Assembly: GCA_902626185.1 (NCBI GenBank)
Contig: CACOEA010000001.1
Coordinates: 30,672-94,671, forward strand
Direction of reading: 5' to 3'
DNA: 64,000 nucleotides
Origin: an uncultured Pelagibacteraceae bacterium
GTDB lineage: Bacteria > Pseudomonadota > Alphaproteobacteria > Pelagibacterales > Pelagibacteraceae
Shown: positions 60,895 to 64,000 of the stretch, piece by piece
Numbering within the stretch: the stretch's first letter is position 1
Layout: the number at the start of each line of letters is the position of its first letter
Program-made: the position numbers and the translations under genes
Notes under the pieces: model-generated
What the model was told of the DNA's origin: nothing
Seen by the model: the letters and a program-made list of their open reading frames with translations, nothing else
Database searches by the model: none

Positions 60895-61320
60895 ATGCTT
60901 ACAAAAAAAGTTAAAAAGAGAGTTTCTTTTCTAACAATTTTCTTAGCCTTGACCGTCTTAGGAGTATTTTCAATTTTAAAAACTTTAGACAGAAATCTTT
61001 TGTATTTTAAGTCACCATCTGATGTTAAAGCAGATCAAAATATTTCTTACACTAAGAAATTAAGAATTGGAGGAATGGTAAAAAAAGACTCGCTAAAAAT
61101 AGATAGTGAAGATATTGAATTTGTAATTACGGATTATAAAAATGAAATTTTTGTAAGTTTTAAAGGTACTGTGCCCAATTTATTTTTAGAAGGAAAAGGG
61201 GTTGTAGCAGAGGGCATTCTTAATGATAAAGGATTTTTCATTGCTGATAGAATTTTGGCAAAACATGATGAAAATTACATGCCCCCAGAATTGAAGGATA
61301 TTATTAAAGATGTTAAGTAA
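60895..61320 (+). CDS. ccmE: Heme chaperone CcmE
   Basis: RIGGMV, PNLF.EG and LAKHDENY. Confidence 0.96.
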   Translation: MLTKKVKKRVSFLTIFLALTVLGVFSILKTLDRNLLYFKSPSDVKADQNISYTKKLRIGGMVKKDSLKIDSEDIEFVITDYKNEIFVSFKGTVPNLFLEGKGVVAEGILNDKGFFIADRILAKHDENYMPPELKDIIKDVK

Positions 61321-63196
61321 TATAGGTAACTCAATATTATTTTTTAATTTATTACTTTCTTTATCGATAATTTATTTCGCATTCCAAGAATTAAAAAGAA
61401 ATTACAATTTTATAAATAAAAAAATTTATTATATCAGTTTAATTCAAAGCACACTGATAATAATTTGTTTTTTCACTTTAATTGCAGGTTTCTTAATTTC
61501 AGATTTTTCAATTAATGCTGTTTATCAAAACTCACACTCTTTAAAGCCTACTTTTTATAAGATCTCAGGAACCTGGGGCAATCACGAGGGGAGTTTATTA
61601 TTATGGGTTATAATTTTGACGATTTTTTCATTCCTTTTTTTAGTAACAAATAAAAATCATTCAAAAAAATATCGAGTTTATACTTTAATAACCCAAAATA
61701 TTTTAATAATTGGTTTTATATTTTTCATTTTATTTAATTCGAATCCATTTGATGTAATTATTCCAACTCCAAATGAAGGATTAGGTTTAAATCCTATTTT
61801 GCAAGATCCAGCTCTAGCAATCCACCCTCCACTGTTATATTTAGGGTTTGTTGGATCCTCAATTTACTTTTCCGCTGCAATAGCGTCTTTGCTAACAAAC
61901 TATTCAGGCCATAATTTTGCTAGATCAATTAAAAATTGGGTTCTAATTTCTTGGTCATTTCAAACGATTGGAATATTAGCAGGATCGATTTGGGCATATT
62001 ATGAATTAGGATGGGGAGGCTTTTGGTTTTGGGATCCAGTAGAAAATGCTTCTCTGTTACCTTGGTTTGCAATGACGGCTTTAATACATTCATTAATAGT
62101 TTTAGAAAAAAGAAAACAACTTTATTTTTGGGTAATTATTCTTTGCCTATTAACATTCACTTTAAGCGTGGTAGGCACATTTCTTGTTAGATCAGGAATA
62201 TTAAATTCCGTACATACATTTGCGAATGATCCATCCAGAGGAATTTACATACTAATTTTTTTAAGCTTAATGATCTTTGGCTCGTTATCAATATTGTTTA
62301 AAAGGTTTAAAAGCAATACTTACAATTTTAATTATAACAGCAAAGAAACTTTTATTTTAGTGAATAATTGGTTTATGATTTTTTATCTTTTTACTGTTTT
62401 TCTTGGCACTATTTATCCAATTGTAACTGAGGTGTTTTATAGTCAAAAGATTTCGGTTGGACCACCTTTTTATAATACAGTAATTATACCTATTGTAATA
62501 TTATTTTTATTTTTTATGTCAATTGGACCTAAAGTTAGATGGATTAAAGATAATATTGATAACTTAAAAACAACTTTGATGATCTTACTAGGCTCGGTTT
62601 TAATAAATTTATTTATTTTCTTATTTTTTAAAAGCTATAGTTTGCTATCAAATTTGATTTTAATTTCATCAATTTTTTTAATCATTTCTACTGCAAGGGA
62701 TGCAATAAATTTATTAAAAAATAAAGAATATAATATTTCTAGAATAATTGCTCATTTTTCGTTTGGACTTTTAATACTTTTTATTGGACTGAACTATAAT
62801 TTTTCATCTGAAAAAGATTTCAATCTAAAAGTCGGTGAAGTAAAAAAATTTGAAAATTTTTCAATTAAATTTAAAGATTTAAATTTAAAAGAGTTTAAAA
62901 ATTACAAAGCAGTAATTGGAACGTTTGAAATCGATGATTTTAAAGATAATACCAAACTTTTTCTAAGTCCTCAAATAAGAATATACGACAATCCCAGCAC
63001 CTTAACATATGAAGCTTCAATTAGATCTGGCTTGTTAAAAGATTTCTATATAACGATGAGCAATATAGATAGGTCAGATTATTATAACATCAAGTTTCAA
63101 AAAAAACCTTTTATGGTTTGGATATGGATTTCAGTTATTTTAATTTCACTGAGTGGATTTTTACGATTTTTTAAATATGAAAATAAGATTAATTAA
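61310..63196 (+). CDS. ccmF: Cytochrome c heme lyase CcmF
   Basis: WGNHEGS, HPP, WGGFWFWDPVEN and RSG..NSVH.F. Confidence 0.97.
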   Translation: MLSNIGNSILFFNLLLSLSIIYFAFQELKRNYNFINKKIYYISLIQSTLIIICFFTLIAGFLISDFSINAVYQNSHSLKPTFYKISGTWGNHEGSLLLWVIILTIFSFLFLVTNKNHSKKYRVYTLITQNILIIGFIFFILFNSNPFDVIIPTPNEGLGLNPILQDPALAIHPPLLYLGFVGSSIYFSAAIASLLTNYSGHNFARSIKNWVLISWSFQTIGILAGSIWAYYELGWGGFWFWDPVENASLLPWFAMTALIHSLIVLEKRKQLYFWVIILCLLTFTLSVVGTFLVRSGILNSVHTFANDPSRGIYILIFLSLMIFGSLSILFKRFKSNTYNFNYNSKETFILVNNWFMIFYLFTVFLGTIYPIVTEVFYSQKISVGPPFYNTVIIPIVILFLFFMSIGPKVRWIKDNIDNLKTTLMILLGSVLINLFIFLFFKSYSLLSNLILISSIFLIISTARDAINLLKNKEYNISRIIAHFSFGLLILFIGLNYNFSSEKDFNLKVGEVKKFENFSIKFKDLNLKEFKNYKAVIGTFEIDDFKDNTKLFLSPQIRIYDNPSTLTYEASIRSGLLKDFYITMSNIDRSDYYNIKFQKKPFMVWIWISVILISLSGFLRFFKYENKIN

Positions 63197-63701
63197 AATA
63201 TTTATCTGTATAGTAATTTTAGTCATCATCGGTACTTTCTTCTTGGGTCTTAATAAAGACTCGATTTATGATACTAAAGGATTGGAAGGTTCATATATTG
63301 GAAATATAAAATTAGACCATTTTAATAAAAATGAAATTATTTCGAAAAAGAATTTCGCACAAAAAGGTTTTACGCTAATAAATTTTTGGGCTTCTTGGTG
63401 CGGTCCTTGTAAAATTGAGCATCCTTTTCTGATAAAATTAAACAATGAGCCCTCTCTTCAAATTATCGGTGTAAATTTTAAAGATAAAAAAGAAAATGCA
63501 TTAAAATTTTTAAATGATAATGGAAATCCATATGACTTATTAGCAAAAGATAAATTTGGTAAATATTCGATAAATTTTGGTATTTACGGAATTCCTGAAA
63601 GTATTTTGATTGATGAAAATTTTATGATATTGAAAAAATTTATTGGTCCTATTACTGAAAAAGACTATATTTTTATAAAAAAGATAATTAAAGATTCATG
63701 A
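63177..63701 (+). CDS. ccmG: Thiol:disulfide oxidoreductase CcmG/DsbE
   Basis: NFWASWCGPC and YGIPE. Start at ATG 63177. Confidence 0.92.
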   Translation: MKIRLIKIFICIVILVIIGTFFLGLNKDSIYDTKGLEGSYIGNIKLDHFNKNEIISKKNFAQKGFTLINFWASWCGPCKIEHPFLIKLNNEPSLQIIGVNFKDKKENALKFLNDNGNPYDLLAKDKFGKYSINFGIYGIPESILIDENFMILKKFIGPITEKDYIFIKKIIKDS

Positions 63702-64000
63702 GAGTTAAAACTTTAATTTTGTCATTTGTTATAATAATGAATATTTCTAATGTGTTTGCAAATGATATTAATAAAAATGAAATATTCAAAAATATTAGAT
63801 GTTTAATTTGTCAAGGCCAATCAGTTGCAGACTCAAATTCAGACTTTGCCCAAACAATAAAATTAGTAGTTAATGATCTTATAGATGACGGTAAGTCAGA
63901 AAATGAAATTTATAATTTTTTAATTGAAAAATATGGGGAATGGATAGTTTATAAGCCTCCTTTCAACAGCTTTACATCAATACTATGGATTTTCCCTTAT
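63698..64000 (+). CDS. ccmH: Cytochrome c biogenesis protein CcmH, 3'-truncated by the window edge
   Basis: Hand translation gives MRVKTLIL...IRCLICQGQSVADSNS...YGEWIVYKP...ILW. Its start overlaps the ccmG stop (ATGA). Confidence 0.9.
   Translation, partial: MRVKTLILSFVIIMNISNVFANDINKNEIFKNIRCLICQGQSVADSNSDFAQTIKLVVNDLIDDGKSENEIYNFLIEKYGEWIVYKPPFNSFTSILWIFPY

Noticed and set aside
1-64000. CRISPR arrays, IS elements, rRNA, riboswitches and defence systems
   Set aside because: I saw no spaced direct repeats, transposase, nuclease cluster or recognisable riboswitch core by eye. An Rfam or CRISPR scan was not possible.

Overview
This is a very AT-rich, densely packed bacterial chromosome segment. 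Gene content, tiny or overlapping intergenic spacers and protein style point to a streamlined marine alphaproteobacterium, most likely SAR11/Pelagibacterales (inferred from content, not from a database search). It is the replication-origin region. It holds parAB-rsmG-mnmG-mnmE with two parS-like palindromes, the his/hslUV/secB/dnaQ-coaE-aroE-maf-DUF299 block, a probable oriC at 32.3-32.6 kb, hemEHJ-rho, tRNA-Gly, purH, an acetate-type symporter with acs, hemCD, argG and the start of ccmCDEFGH. No IS, prophage, integrase or CRISPR array was seen. Main observations: (1) a 35-aa minimal ArfA-like ribosome-rescue gene missed by the ORF track, coupled to a pseudo-response regulator; (2) Acs with a ~50-aa Lys/Arg protamine-like N-terminal tail, downstream of tsaD and an EVE-domain gene; (3) an unannotated 44-aa basic ORF between hisA and hisF; (4) an oriC lacking canonical DnaA boxes but carrying repeated TTATTAACA-like boxes and a DnaA-trio module; (5) an inferred ~20-kb oriC-containing inversion that splits rho from mnmE; (6) an orphan hairpin with an anti-Shine-Dalgarno-like loop upstream of ccmC.
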